From Candidatus Sumerlaeales bacterium (GTDB taxonomy: Bacteria > Sumerlaeota > Sumerlaeia > Sumerlaeales > Sumerlaeaceae), in assembly GCA_038243585.1 (NCBI GenBank), contig JBBSQY010000002.1:32001-96000 (forward strand): DNA of 64,000 bases. Direction: 5' to 3'. Under the pieces are notes generated by a model that saw only the letters and a program-made list of their open reading frames with translations, had not been told where the DNA came from and made no database searches. A program made the translations under genes and the position numbers. The first letter of the stretch is position 1, and every line of letters begins with the position of its first letter. This document shows, piece after piece, positions 8,779-18,959 of the stretch.

Positions 8779-9891
8779 ATGCCTGATGCGCCTCATCTAT
8801 TTGATATGACGGAAACACTCGAACTGCTGAAGCAGCTAAGCGAGGCCCATGGAGTCAGCGGTTACGAAGACGACGTTCGCGAAATTATAATGAACCGCCT
8901 GGAGCCGCTGGGGGCGGTCGCGCAGGTAGATACTCTTGGCAATCTGATCCTTCGCTTTCCGGTGGAGAATCAGGATGATCCGGTGCTGCTGCTGGATGCG
9001 CACATGGATGAAATTGGTCTCGTGGTCAGTTATATAGAACCGACTGGGTTTCTGCGATTCGCTACCGTCGGTGGTTGGGACGAGCGCGTACTGCCTGCTC
9101 ATGCGGTTGACGTGAAAACGGAGAGCGGGCAGATAGTTCGCGGCGTTATTGGCACACCTCCGCCCCATATTTTGAAACCAGAGGATCGAAAGAAACCTTT
9201 CGAGGTCGAGAATTTGTTCATTGATGTTGGCGCACAGTCTGAGGCCGATGTCGCCCGTATGGGCGTGAAGGTTGGAGACAGCGCCGTACCTTCCTATCCA
9301 TTCCATCGCCTCGGCGATGAGGTTGTGATGGGAAAGGCGCTGGATGACAGGGTCGGGTGTGCCGTGCTGGTTCGTCTGCTGGAGACGCTTTTTGATCCGG
9401 TTGTACAGCGCAAACTTTCTGTCCAAGTGGTCGCGTTGTTCAGCACATTCGAAGAAACCGGTGGGCGTGGTGCGCAAGCTGCATGCTACGGAATCGATCC
9501 TGACCTTGCCCTTGTGATTGAAGGTACTGTTGCTGCGGATTGCCCCGGCGTGCCGCCTGCAAGGATTCCCAGCCGGCAGGGGAGCGGTCCCGCCATCACC
9601 CTTATGGATCGTACCGCGCACTTGCCGAGAAAATTGGTAAGGTTTATTGAAAAACTTGCGGCTGAAGCCGGCATCCCATGTCAGCTAAAGACTCCTATTT
9701 TTGGAGGAACTAACGCGGCCCGCATTCATATGAACCGCGCGGGTGTGGCCACAGCGGTTATAAGTGTACCCTGCCGATATATCCATGGACCTCATTCGAC
9801 GCTGCGGATTAGCGATATGGAGCAAACTATCAATCTGGCAAAGGAATTTGTCATGCACGGAGCTTGCTACCTCAACGAACAGAAGCACTAA
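8779..9891 (+). CDS. M42 family metalloaminopeptidase
   Basis: GVSGYE, DAHMDEIG, KALDDRVG, FEETG, PCRYIH. Start uncertain (8779 or 8806). Confidence 0.9.
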   Translation: MPDAPHLFDMTETLELLKQLSEAHGVSGYEDDVREIIMNRLEPLGAVAQVDTLGNLILRFPVENQDDPVLLLDAHMDEIGLVVSYIEPTGFLRFATVGGWDERVLPAHAVDVKTESGQIVRGVIGTPPPHILKPEDRKKPFEVENLFIDVGAQSEADVARMGVKVGDSAVPSYPFHRLGDEVVMGKALDDRVGCAVLVRLLETLFDPVVQRKLSVQVVALFSTFEETGGRGAQAACYGIDPDLALVIEGTVAADCPGVPPARIPSRQGSGPAITLMDRTAHLPRKLVRFIEKLAAEAGIPCQLKTPIFGGTNAARIHMNRAGVATAVISVPCRYIHGPHSTLRISDMEQTINLAKEFVMHGACYLNEQKH

Positions 9892-9996
9892 AGGTATTGC
9901 CGACACTACGCTTATTATGATTTTTCAGAAATGCCGAACAACGCCTTAGTCTTCACAATAGATTATGAATCAACCCGGAAAAAAAAGAAAGTCGTT

Positions 9997-10878
9997 ATGA
10001 ACTTCCACGGATCCATGTGCGCCATCGTGACGCCATTTAAAGATGACAAAGTAGACCTGCAAGCCTTGGAGCGCCTTGTTAATTTCCAGATAGATAATGG
10101 CACCAGTGCTCTTGTTCCCTGCGGCACCACGGGTGAAAGCTCAACGCTTACCCATGATGAACACCACCTGGTAATCGAAAAGACCATCGCGTTTGCGGCG
10201 GGTCGGGTTCCTGTAATTGCGGGAACTGGCAGCAATAGCACTGCCGAGGCCATTTCGCTGACGAAAGAAGCGAAAAAAATGGGCGCGGACGCGGCGCTGC
10301 TGATCACGCCATACTACAACAAGCCAACTCAGGATGGCTTGTACGCTCATTATATGGCCGTAGCTGACGCCGTGGATATACCGCAAATTCTCTACAATGT
10401 ACCTTCGCGTACGGCGGTATGCGTTGAACCGGAAACCGTATCACGCCTGGCGGATCACAAAAATATCGTCGCCATTAAAGAAGCCAGCGGATCGCTCGAC
10501 TACATCAGCCGTCTGCGTGGTTTAACCGATCTTTCGATTCTTTGCGGGAATGACAATTTGACGTTGCCACTCATGGTGCTTGGCGCAAAGGGCGCGATCA
10601 GCGTGCTGGCTAATGTGATTCCCGGGATGTGTTCGGAAATGATGAGCGCTGTGGCACGCGATGACTGGGACGAGGCCCGCCGCCTTCATTTTCAGACTTT
10701 TAATTTAACGGAAGCGCTGTTTGTCGAAACAAATCCGGTTCCGGTTAAGGCTGCCCTAGCCATGATGGGGTTGATATGCGATGAACTCAGGCTGCCCATG
10801 ACCTCACTGCACGTACAATACCAGCCCCGCCTAAAGCGCGAACTGGCAGCATTGGGCCTTTGTCTACAGAAGGCGTAG
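9997..10878 (+). CDS. dapA: 4-hydroxy-tetrahydrodipicolinate synthase
   Basis: CGTTGE, PYYNKP, YNVPSRT, IKEASG, ETNPVPVK. Confidence 0.95.
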   Translation: MNFHGSMCAIVTPFKDDKVDLQALERLVNFQIDNGTSALVPCGTTGESSTLTHDEHHLVIEKTIAFAAGRVPVIAGTGSNSTAEAISLTKEAKKMGADAALLITPYYNKPTQDGLYAHYMAVADAVDIPQILYNVPSRTAVCVEPETVSRLADHKNIVAIKEASGSLDYISRLRGLTDLSILCGNDNLTLPLMVLGAKGAISVLANVIPGMCSEMMSAVARDDWDEARRLHFQTFNLTEALFVETNPVPVKAALAMMGLICDELRLPMTSLHVQYQPRLKRELAALGLCLQKA

Positions 10879-10888
10879 CGGTCTAAAC

Positions 10889-11010
10889 GTAGGGTGGGTA
10901 TTCCTGCCCGTCTCAGGTGCAGGCGCACTTTACATGCCGGGCCTGCATTATAGCTTAATAACAACCGTACTCGCCCTTCCCCTCGGGACAGACAGGAATG
11001 TCTATCCTAC
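10889..11010. repeat. GTAG-type REP doublet (inverted 24-bp arms)
   Basis: Arms GTAGGGTGGGTATTCCTGCCCGTC (10889-10912) and GACAGACAGGAATGTCTATCCTAC (10987-11010) are imperfect reverse complements that differ only by transitions. Confidence 0.65.
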
Positions 11011-11033
11011 TATTGTAACTGGAGAACACAATA

Positions 11034-11807
11034 ATGCCTACGACCGATATGCTTCAAGTCTTAGAAAAGCTTGCCCGCGACGCCGGCGATATTACCCTGA
11101 AATACTTTCAGTCGGACAACCTTGCCGTCGAATCCAAAAGCGATGACAGTCCCGTTACCATCGCGGATCGTGAAACGGAGCAGTTTATCCGGGATGAAGT
11201 CGAGCGGATGTTTCCCGGCGACGTGGTTATCGGCGAAGAATTTGGTGAGGGACCTGGAGACAAGAGCGCGCGTCGATGGATAGTTGATCCCATTGACGGG
11301 ACGAAATCTTTCATCCACGGTGTGCCGATCTATGGTGTGATGATCGGAGTGGAAGAAGGCGGCGAAATGGTGGCAGGCGCCGTGTTTATCCCGCCGTTGA
11401 ATGATATGGTCGTGGCCGCAAAAGGCCAGGGCTGCTGGTGGAACGGCAAACGGGCGCAGGTTTCAAAAGTCGATTCGTTTTCTAAAGCGCTGATCCTTAC
11501 GACGGACGTGGCGAACCACAAACGCTACGATAAAGAGGAAAGCTGGAACCGTTTGTGCGCGGGAGCTCGCTTGGTGCGAACCTGGGGCGACTGTTATGGG
11601 CACATCCTTGTGGCAACCGGCCGCGCCGATGCCATGTTCGATCCACAGATGAACCCTTGGGACTGCGCCGCTCTACTTCCGATACTGGAGGAAGCAGGCG
11701 GCACGTTCACAGACTACGACGGCACGGCAACGGTTTACGGTAAGGACGCCATGTCTACCAATAAAGTTTTGTTAACCGAAATCCAAGAAGTCATCAACGC
11801 AAGCTGA
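11034..11807 (+). CDS. hisN: Inositol monophosphatase family protein, probably histidinol-phosphate phosphatase
   Basis: SPVTIAD, GEEFG, WIVDPIDGTKSF, WGDCYG, PWDCAA. Confidence 0.8.
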   Translation: MPTTDMLQVLEKLARDAGDITLKYFQSDNLAVESKSDDSPVTIADRETEQFIRDEVERMFPGDVVIGEEFGEGPGDKSARRWIVDPIDGTKSFIHGVPIYGVMIGVEEGGEMVAGAVFIPPLNDMVVAAKGQGCWWNGKRAQVSKVDSFSKALILTTDVANHKRYDKEESWNRLCAGARLVRTWGDCYGHILVATGRADAMFDPQMNPWDCAALLPILEEAGGTFTDYDGTATVYGKDAMSTNKVLLTEIQEVINAS

Positions 11808-11837
11808 CAGTCCGACAGCATGGACGGCAGTGACCCG

Positions 11838-13601
11838 TCACCGGCTTAAATGTTCTCGAAGCACCTCGATCCCCTCAGCCTGTATTTCATGCCTCGACCT
11901 GATACGGTTGGGGTTATCAAGGCGCAATGTCATTGACTGGTCGGGGTCGAGTTTAAACTTCACCTTTCCGTTAATTATTGAAATACGTACATTTTCGCCC
12001 ACCGTTTCCGAAACGCTGCCGTCGGGATTCTTAACCATTATTCGAACGTCACCTTCAAACTCCATAATGCCATCATCAAGGGTATAAATTAGGGAGTCCG
12101 CCGTTACAACCGCAGTGCTTGTTCCATGCGGTAAATGGGCCTCCAGCCCGGGGCCTTTCGCGGTAAGCCGTTCAGTGGAAGAGGTATAGGTTAGTTCCGC
12201 GCAAGATATCGTCGTGCCACGCGTGGAATACACCACGCCCGTTTTGGCGGAAATTGTCTCGAGTCCCTTGGTGGTTTCGTTAAATGTGTAAATGAGTACT
12301 CCATCGTTTTCCGCGACCTTGAGCGTGAAAGGACTTTTCCCGGATAAACCTCCCGTGGTGTCTGCGATTTTAGCCATGGATGACGGGTTTGCAAATTCTA
12401 ACGTGGTCCCTATTGATTTCGCAAATGAACTGGAATACGCCCCAGAATACTTGTTCGGTTGGTCTACCGACGCGCCCGCAGCAGGCTCTTGCGTATTCTG
12501 TTTCATTGCCTCGACCGCAGGTTCTGGCTCCGCTGGTTGCGACTGGGCTTCTGTAAAACCGACAGCGACGATGATCGCCCCGATGGCAAACCCGCAAATC
12601 GCCTTTGCTTTGCTCTGCTTATGATGTTGTGATATCATGATGATACGCCTTCCTGTTTCAGATTTTACTTCTATGATTCCTACGCTTCCGGCGAACAGCC
12701 GTGACACCGATGCCTGTTCCGCCAGTTTTAGTATTGTGCGACCATATTCCGCCGCGTTTTCCCGCCCCAGGAGTCGCACTACTTCCGCGTCGCACGCGAT
12801 TTCGCGATCCGCCCGCATACGGTAAAAGCCGATCCAGATCAGCGGATTGAACCAGTGCACCGCCTGTAATAGAGCTGCCGCAAATCCGACGACGAGATCG
12901 CCCCGGCGGAGATGGATCAGCTCATGAAGAATTATAAAGCGGAGTTCAGCTGCAGACGTTGACTCAAGCGTTCCAACCGGCAAAAGCACTACCGGGCGAA
13001 AAAGTCCCGCCAGCGCCGGAGTGGATATGTCACGACTTTGACGAAACTGCACCTGCCGCCTGATTCCTACATTCCGGCAGCAACTCCTGAACAACGATTC
13101 AACTTCTGGATCATCGATAAGATCGGCCCGTCGTATGGTCGCAAGTAAACGAAAGGCATTCCGGGTCAGCAGAAGCAGAACAGTCAGAAAGCCGATAGCC
13201 CAAACGACCAGCAGAATTGCCATGGCGCTGAAAGGAAACCCTGAAGCATCCAGAGCGGCTATAGCGTGCCTGTCGGCAACCGCGCTTTCTGATCCATTAA
13301 AAGCCGGAGGCGTAACCGCAGGGCGCACATCAAGATATCCCTGCAATATCTTAGGCCCGGGCTGGGCCTGCCCCTGCGACACCCATCCGGATGGACTTAC
13401 ATAATTGCTCAGACTGAAGACGCTTTCCGGACCGATCGGAATCACCAGCCGCCCCAGAACGAGAATCCACAACGCAAAGTGCCACCACGGGGTGAGCAGT
13501 CGCCCTAGCAATACCTTAATAATCAGTATCAAAAGTACCAGCACTGCAGCGTGAAGCGACGCCGAGATCAGCCATTCCAGGAATGTGGAAGATATGCTCA
13601 T
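11838..13601 (-). CDS. BlaR1/MecR1-type M56 metallopeptidase sensor with an atypical C-terminal domain
   Basis: N-terminal TMs, HELIH zinc motif, HWFNPLIW, EIACD, YGRTIL. Directly follows blaI. Confidence 0.9.
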   Translation of the reverse strand: MSISSTFLEWLISASLHAAVLVLLILIIKVLLGRLLTPWWHFALWILVLGRLVIPIGPESVFSLSNYVSPSGWVSQGQAQPGPKILQGYLDVRPAVTPPAFNGSESAVADRHAIAALDASGFPFSAMAILLVVWAIGFLTVLLLLTRNAFRLLATIRRADLIDDPEVESLFRSCCRNVGIRRQVQFRQSRDISTPALAGLFRPVVLLPVGTLESTSAAELRFIILHELIHLRRGDLVVGFAAALLQAVHWFNPLIWIGFYRMRADREIACDAEVVRLLGRENAAEYGRTILKLAEQASVSRLFAGSVGIIEVKSETGRRIIMISQHHKQSKAKAICGFAIGAIIVAVGFTEAQSQPAEPEPAVEAMKQNTQEPAAGASVDQPNKYSGAYSSSFAKSIGTTLEFANPSSMAKIADTTGGLSGKSPFTLKVAENDGVLIYTFNETTKGLETISAKTGVVYSTRGTTISCAELTYTSSTERLTAKGPGLEAHLPHGTSTAVVTADSLIYTLDDGIMEFEGDVRIMVKNPDGSVSETVGENVRISIINGKVKFKLDPDQSMTLRLDNPNRIRSRHEIQAEGIEVLREHLSR

Positions 13602-13604
13602 AGC

Positions 13605-13982
13605 TTAATCCTTTTCCATATCGTCCAGCAGTTGACGCAACCGGGCGATTTCTTCCGGCGACAGCTTTTCCTGCTGAAGAAACCCGGCGATCATCGGCAT
13701 CATGCTGCCATCGTAAACCCGCGAAGCAAACGATCTGCTTTCCGCTCGAACGCATTGCGCCTCGGTGAAGCGCGGAGCATAGGTATGCTCTCGGTTTGTT
13801 TTTGTCGCAGCAACCGCGCCTTTTTTTACAAGCCTGGCCAGCAGCGTCTTTATGGTATTCGGCTTCCAGTCCGTCTGGGGGCTGAGTGCGTCCACCAGTT
13901 CGCCGGAAGTACAAGGATAGCGAAGCCATAAAGCTTTCATGACTTCCCACTCCGCTTCGGAAATTTTTGGGATTTTTATCAT
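13605..13982 (-). CDS. BlaI/MecI/CopY family transcriptional repressor
   Basis: ISEAEWEVMKALW, WKPNTIKTLLARLVKKG, LSPEEIARLRQLL. Confidence 0.93.
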   Translation of the reverse strand: MIKIPKISEAEWEVMKALWLRYPCTSGELVDALSPQTDWKPNTIKTLLARLVKKGAVAATKTNREHTYAPRFTEAQCVRAESRSFASRVYDGSMMPMIAGFLQQEKLSPEEIARLRQLLDDMEKD

Positions 13983-13996
13983 AATAAACAAGGACT

Positions 13997-14035
13997 AACT
14001 ACGGGTGTAGTTCGATATCAACTACAAATGTAGTT
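13997..14035. promoter_or_regulatory. Two BlaI-type operators
   Basis: AACTAC-GGGT-GTAGTT (13997-14012) and AACTAC-AAAT-GTAGTT (14020-14035). The second contains the TACA-NN-TGTA core and overlaps a minus-strand TATAAC. Confidence 0.85.
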
Positions 14036-14121
14036 ATACTGTTGAAATGTTCTGTTTTCCTTGCTCGTGGGATCCTACGGGGGCATCTGCATCTTAGATA
14101 TTTATCAGGAGAGCATGACCA

Positions 14122-14946
14122 ATGCCGTTATCGCCCGCAGATTTACCCAATCAATCCCGTTCCGAAGGCGATGACGGATGCGTTATATTTCTCCATATAG
14201 CAAAAGCGGGAGGCACCACCTTTGAGGCGGTGCTTGATAACCAGTATCCGCCCGAATCAATTTATGCGCTGGACAACTGGGATACGGTTTCCTCCATCCA
14301 GCGCCTAAGCGCGACGCCGCGAGATAACCTTCGTCACGTAAGGCTTCTCCGCGGCCATATGCCCTTCGGGCTGCATCAGTATATCCCGTCTCCGTCCAGA
14401 TACATCACGTTTTTGCGTGACCCTGTGGAGCGAATGACGTCGCATTTCTACTTCGTATTGCAGACTCCACTGCACTATCTTCACCAGACGGTTATGGAGC
14501 AAAAGATGGATCTGGCTGCCTACGTTCTATCTGGCATATCTCCGGAACTGGACAACAGCCAGACAAAAGCCATCAGCGGTAACTTTACCCATTTTGGTTG
14601 CTGCACGCGGGATGATTTGGAGACGGCGAAAGCAAACATAAGAGATTGGTTTGAGGTCACCGGGATAACTGAACGATACGATGAAAGCCTCCTGCTGATG
14701 AAACGCCGCCTGCACTGGCGGAACGATCCCTATTACGTCAGTGCGAACATTACCTCATCCCGTCCCGCAGTGGCCAGCCTTCCAGAATCGACCATCGACA
14801 GCATCCGCCAGGTCAATCAGCTGGATATGGAACTGTATGAATATGCGCTCTCCTTACACAAGGTCGCATTAGAAGCTGAGGGGCCGCAGTTTGCGGAAGA
14901 GCTTGCTCAATTTCAACGGCGCAATCGAGATCAGGGAAAGAGATAG
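14122..14946 (+). CDS. Sulfotransferase family 2-like protein
   Basis: FLHIAKAGGTT (5'-phosphosulfate loop), TFLRDPVERMTSHF, GITERYDES, NQLDMELY. Confidence 0.85.
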   Translation: MPLSPADLPNQSRSEGDDGCVIFLHIAKAGGTTFEAVLDNQYPPESIYALDNWDTVSSIQRLSATPRDNLRHVRLLRGHMPFGLHQYIPSPSRYITFLRDPVERMTSHFYFVLQTPLHYLHQTVMEQKMDLAAYVLSGISPELDNSQTKAISGNFTHFGCCTRDDLETAKANIRDWFEVTGITERYDESLLLMKRRLHWRNDPYYVSANITSSRPAVASLPESTIDSIRQVNQLDMELYEYALSLHKVALEAEGPQFAEELAQFQRRNRDQGKR

Positions 14947-15190
14947 TAGTTATGCGGTTAAAAAGTGCCAGGGTGTTCAGGAGGTCTATGTTCCACGGCG
15001 TCTCGGAAGATGCGGCGTGTCATACCTGTTCGAAAGCAAGTATGATGCTTCTCCTGCGTTTTGACTGAACAGTCGGTTTCCCCTGCTATATACTGTGTCT
15101 TACATCGTCCAGGGTTTGCGCCCTTTAGTCCTTTATCCTGACCCCCACTAAGCTGATAACAATGCTTAGCCAATCCTGAAAGGGAACACC

Positions 15191-18100
15191 ATGCCGTTTG
15201 TTTATTTTTTTGATCGTATTCAACCCTGTAGAATCCTTACTATCGCGTTCGCCGGTATGGCGCTCATGGCACCATTGCCGTCCGCAGCCCATACTATCAG
15301 TTCAAATTTTGAATGCGCCTGGTACGGCGTTGATATCGCCGGGCCAAAATCCCTTCGCGGAAACCTGAGCACTCAGGAAAAGGTCATGCGTGTTGCTGCA
15401 AAGTTGCCGGTTGTGAAAGGGGAGGACGGCAGCACGATATATCCCCAAGGTACAATTATTGATACTGCCGAGATCAGCGATGGTGTCCTAAATGTCTGGA
15501 TTACTTTCCCAGCGGATGTCCAGGAAAAGTCTCTCGATGCCAACGTCATCTATCAGGGCGGCGAGGTGCTGCGCCATTATTTCGCGGAATCTGAGCAATT
15601 GACCGGGCATAAAATCAACGCGCGAACTGCCGGCCAGCAGGATTACAAGGATCTTGAAGAGTTTATCTATCATGTTTCTCCGGAAGCCCAAAACGATCCT
15701 GAAACGACGCCAGCCCTTGAATACGAAGTAAACGGTCCGGGACCTCAGCCCGATCCTGACTATGAGGCATGGCATGAGGAATTGAAACAGAAGACAAACT
15801 CGGCCAGGGATGTCCCCGGGCAATACTCGGCTCTTAGCGGTTCAGGAATGCCTAGCGGGTCTCTCGCGGGGCGAATTATTTTTACTTATGGCGGCCATGG
15901 TCGCACATGGGACGGCAGCCAGAATACTTGGCGCTGGCAGCGCGGCATCTATAATAACATGCTGGAAGACTATGGAAATGCTGAAGGCTCGGATGCCTAT
16001 GCCTATCACGCGTTTAACGCGGGGGCCACGGTTGTATCTTTTCGTCCTATTGGCTATCAGGAAAACGAAGTCGTCATAGACAACACATCCCCCGGCTTTT
16101 CGACTACCGGAAGCTGGAGCAACAGCGTCAACACCCGCTACTACGGCAGCGGCACCCCGTATGTATTTGCCGATACGGCAAATGCCGAAACAGCTACGGC
16201 CACTTATACGCCAAACATTACTGAAGCCGGTTATTACCCTGTATACACCTGGGTTAATCATGGGTCGGATCGAGTGCCAGGCCAGCTATATAAAATTAAA
16301 ACCACTGGCGGCGAGGCGCAGGTGCGCATTGATCACCGCCGGGTCGGATGCGGTTGGGTTTACCTTGGCACTTACTATTTTTACGCTGGAGCCAATGCTG
16401 CTTCTGGTTCTGTGACAGTTTCAAACCTTAATCCGCCTTCGGTCCCTCCTGGCTCGTATATCGCCGTGGCAGATGCCATACGATTTGGCAATGGAATGGG
16501 GGATGTGAACAATGGTGGCGGCATTTCCGGCTGGTCTCGTCGGGAAGAATCTACCGTTTATTGGATTCAGAACGGGTGGGGAAACGGTCAAAGTCCGGCA
16601 GAGCAGGGGTCGGTTCCTGGAGCGCCGCAAGTGTGTGGAACAACTCTAACACTTCGGATGACGAAAACCTCTCATGGACTGCTCCCCCACGTATGGCAGC
16701 GCAGATGTACCGCCTCCATGACGACACAACGGCGGCAGACAAGAGATATGCGCTTTATCTTGGGTGGCATTCCAATGGTTCAAATGGCTCTGCACGCGGG
16801 AGCATGGGGCTAATCACCGGTAGCCCAACCACTAATCAGACATGGTGGGCAGATCGGGTTGCGGGTCAGGTCGACGCTGTTTCCCTGGAAGATGATGTTA
16901 ACTGGGAACATACCTGGTTTAACCGTTCTAACACATATACCGGCGGATACGGAGAAATCACTAACAGTCACTTTCAAAGCAAGATGGACGGTACCATCAT
17001 AGAAGTTGGGTACCATGACAACCCTCAAGATGCCGCTTTGATGCGCGACCCCAAAGTGCGCAACGCTCATGGCAAGGGTGCGTATAGAGCTGCCGTTCAG
17101 TATTTTAATAATTTCCGAGGCGGTCCCGTAGCTTATTACCCTGAGCCTCCTGTTCGCTTTCGTGCTGTTAACAATGGCAGCGGCGGTGTTACTTTAAGCT
17201 GGCAACCAGGCCCTACAGGCGGCACAAAAGGGCAGGCTGCGACTGGCTATCGAGTATATCAGTCTCCGGACGGCCTGGGTTGGGGCGGCGGTGAGGTTGC
17301 CTCGGACACTGCCCACACAATCGGCGGTCTCACGGTAGGCGAAACTTATTTCTTCCGTGTTGCAGGGCTAAACGCCGGCGGCGAATCTTTTCCCTCGGAT
17401 ACCCTTGGTGTGCGAATCACCCCGTCGGGATCTGCGGATATCCTGATCATCAATGGCTTTGATCGCCTAGACCGGTTTAACAACGTCGCTAAGGGAGGTC
17501 ATGCCGGCACAGTGGAACAGCTCATCCCGCAGCAGAACAATACGTACAATTACGTACGTCAGCACGGAAACGCCATCTCTGCGGCCGGTCGCGATTTTGA
17601 TAGCACCACCAACGAAGCGGTAATCAGTGGCGATATTAATTTAAATAACTATCAAACCGTAGTTTGGATTCTGGGTGAAGAAGCTACGAAAGACAACACG
17701 TTTAATCTGACTGAACGCACCAAGGTGGACGCATTTCTTTCTGCAGGAAAGAACCTGTTTGTTTCAGGCTCGGAAATTGGCTATGAACTGGATTCTCTTA
17801 ATGTGGGGCGTTCCTTTTATCGCAATTCTCTTAAGTCCCAGTTCAATATAGATAGCGCAAATTCCTACGCGGCATCGGGATTTCCCGGATCAATCTTTGA
17901 GGGTCTTGCCAATATCGACTACGCTCCCTCCAGCGACATTTATAATGTCGACAGCCCCGACGTAATCACACCTTTAAACGGCTCAACCACGGCCTTGAAC
18001 TATGCCCCCGCCAGCCCCATGACCGACAGCTTTGACAGTATAGGCTCCTGGCAGCTTCCGAGCTTCAGCGGAACTACCACTGCGGACAGCAGCACTTTCA

Positions 18101-18681
18101 AAATCGTCTCCAGCCCCAAACGTCAGGGCTCGGGTTCCGCTGATCTGAATTACAATTGGACCGAGGGGACGGTCTTGCGTGAATACAATGCTGGCGGTGT
18201 CCAGTTTTCTAATACCGCCACCTTTAGCATCTGGGTCTATGGAGATAATTCCGGCCACACCCTGAGACTGTTCATGCGCGATATCGCCGACAATGAACTT
18301 TTCCAAAACGCCCCCATCACCGTAAACTTCACTGGCTGGCAGCAGATTGTCTGGAACCTGGTATCTGACCCTAAAACGAAATTTGCCGGAACCGGCGATG
18401 GAGTTCTCACTGGCAATGTTCGACTAGACAGCCTCTATCTGACCAAAACCGGAGCGTCAAACAGCGGACACATCTATTTTGACGAGGCCGCGTACACCAC
18501 CGGCGCCGCCACATCCCCCGGTCCTGCCGCGGTGCAATTCAGCGGAGCCTATAAGCTGGTTCACCTGGCGTTTCCTTTCGAAGCCATCGGCACCGAAACC
18601 CAGAGAAACCAAATTATGCTGAACGCACTTAACTACTTCACCGGTACTCCTTCCACCGTTGCGGACTGGAGCGTGTACTAA
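15191..18681 (+). pseudogene. Large secreted amidase_3-like/Golvesin-like/FN3/CBM-like protein split by a frame change near 16580-16615
   Basis: ORF 15191-16813 has a signal peptide, GGHG and a Golvesin-like domain. ORF 16561-18681 has WHSNG, IIEVGYHDN, an FN3 domain and a CBM-like domain. The two overlap in the -1 frame and carry complementary halves of one amidase site. Could be a sequencing error or recoding rather than a pseudogene. Confidence 0.7.
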
Positions 18682-18702
18682 TATATATCAGGTCCAGGCC
18701 GT

Positions 18703-18930
18703 TTAAGGTCCGAGTTGATACCGCGGAGGCACACTATTAGTGAAGCTAGTCGGCTCGTCATTAAGCAGGGCCATCGTGGTGGCGCTTGTTAGGCCATCCT
18801 GCAATTTCGCCGTCTCAGGTGCGCCGTTGAGCAGCATCTGCGAGTTTACCATCCGGATCCCGTGGCTGTAATCCGCATACGTCTACGAATGTTCGAAGGA
18901 AGATCACTGGCTGCCACCTGCTTAATCGAA
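18703..18930 (-). pseudogene. C-terminal remnant of a conserved hypothetical protein (YADYSHGIR motif)
   Basis: Minus strand reads EHS*TYADYSHGIRMVNSQMLLNG..ALLNDEP..PRYQLGP*, with an in-frame TAG at 18883-18885 and no intact N-terminus. Confidence 0.6.
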
Positions 18931-18959
18931 ATACCACCGGGCGACAAGACCGGCTCCTG

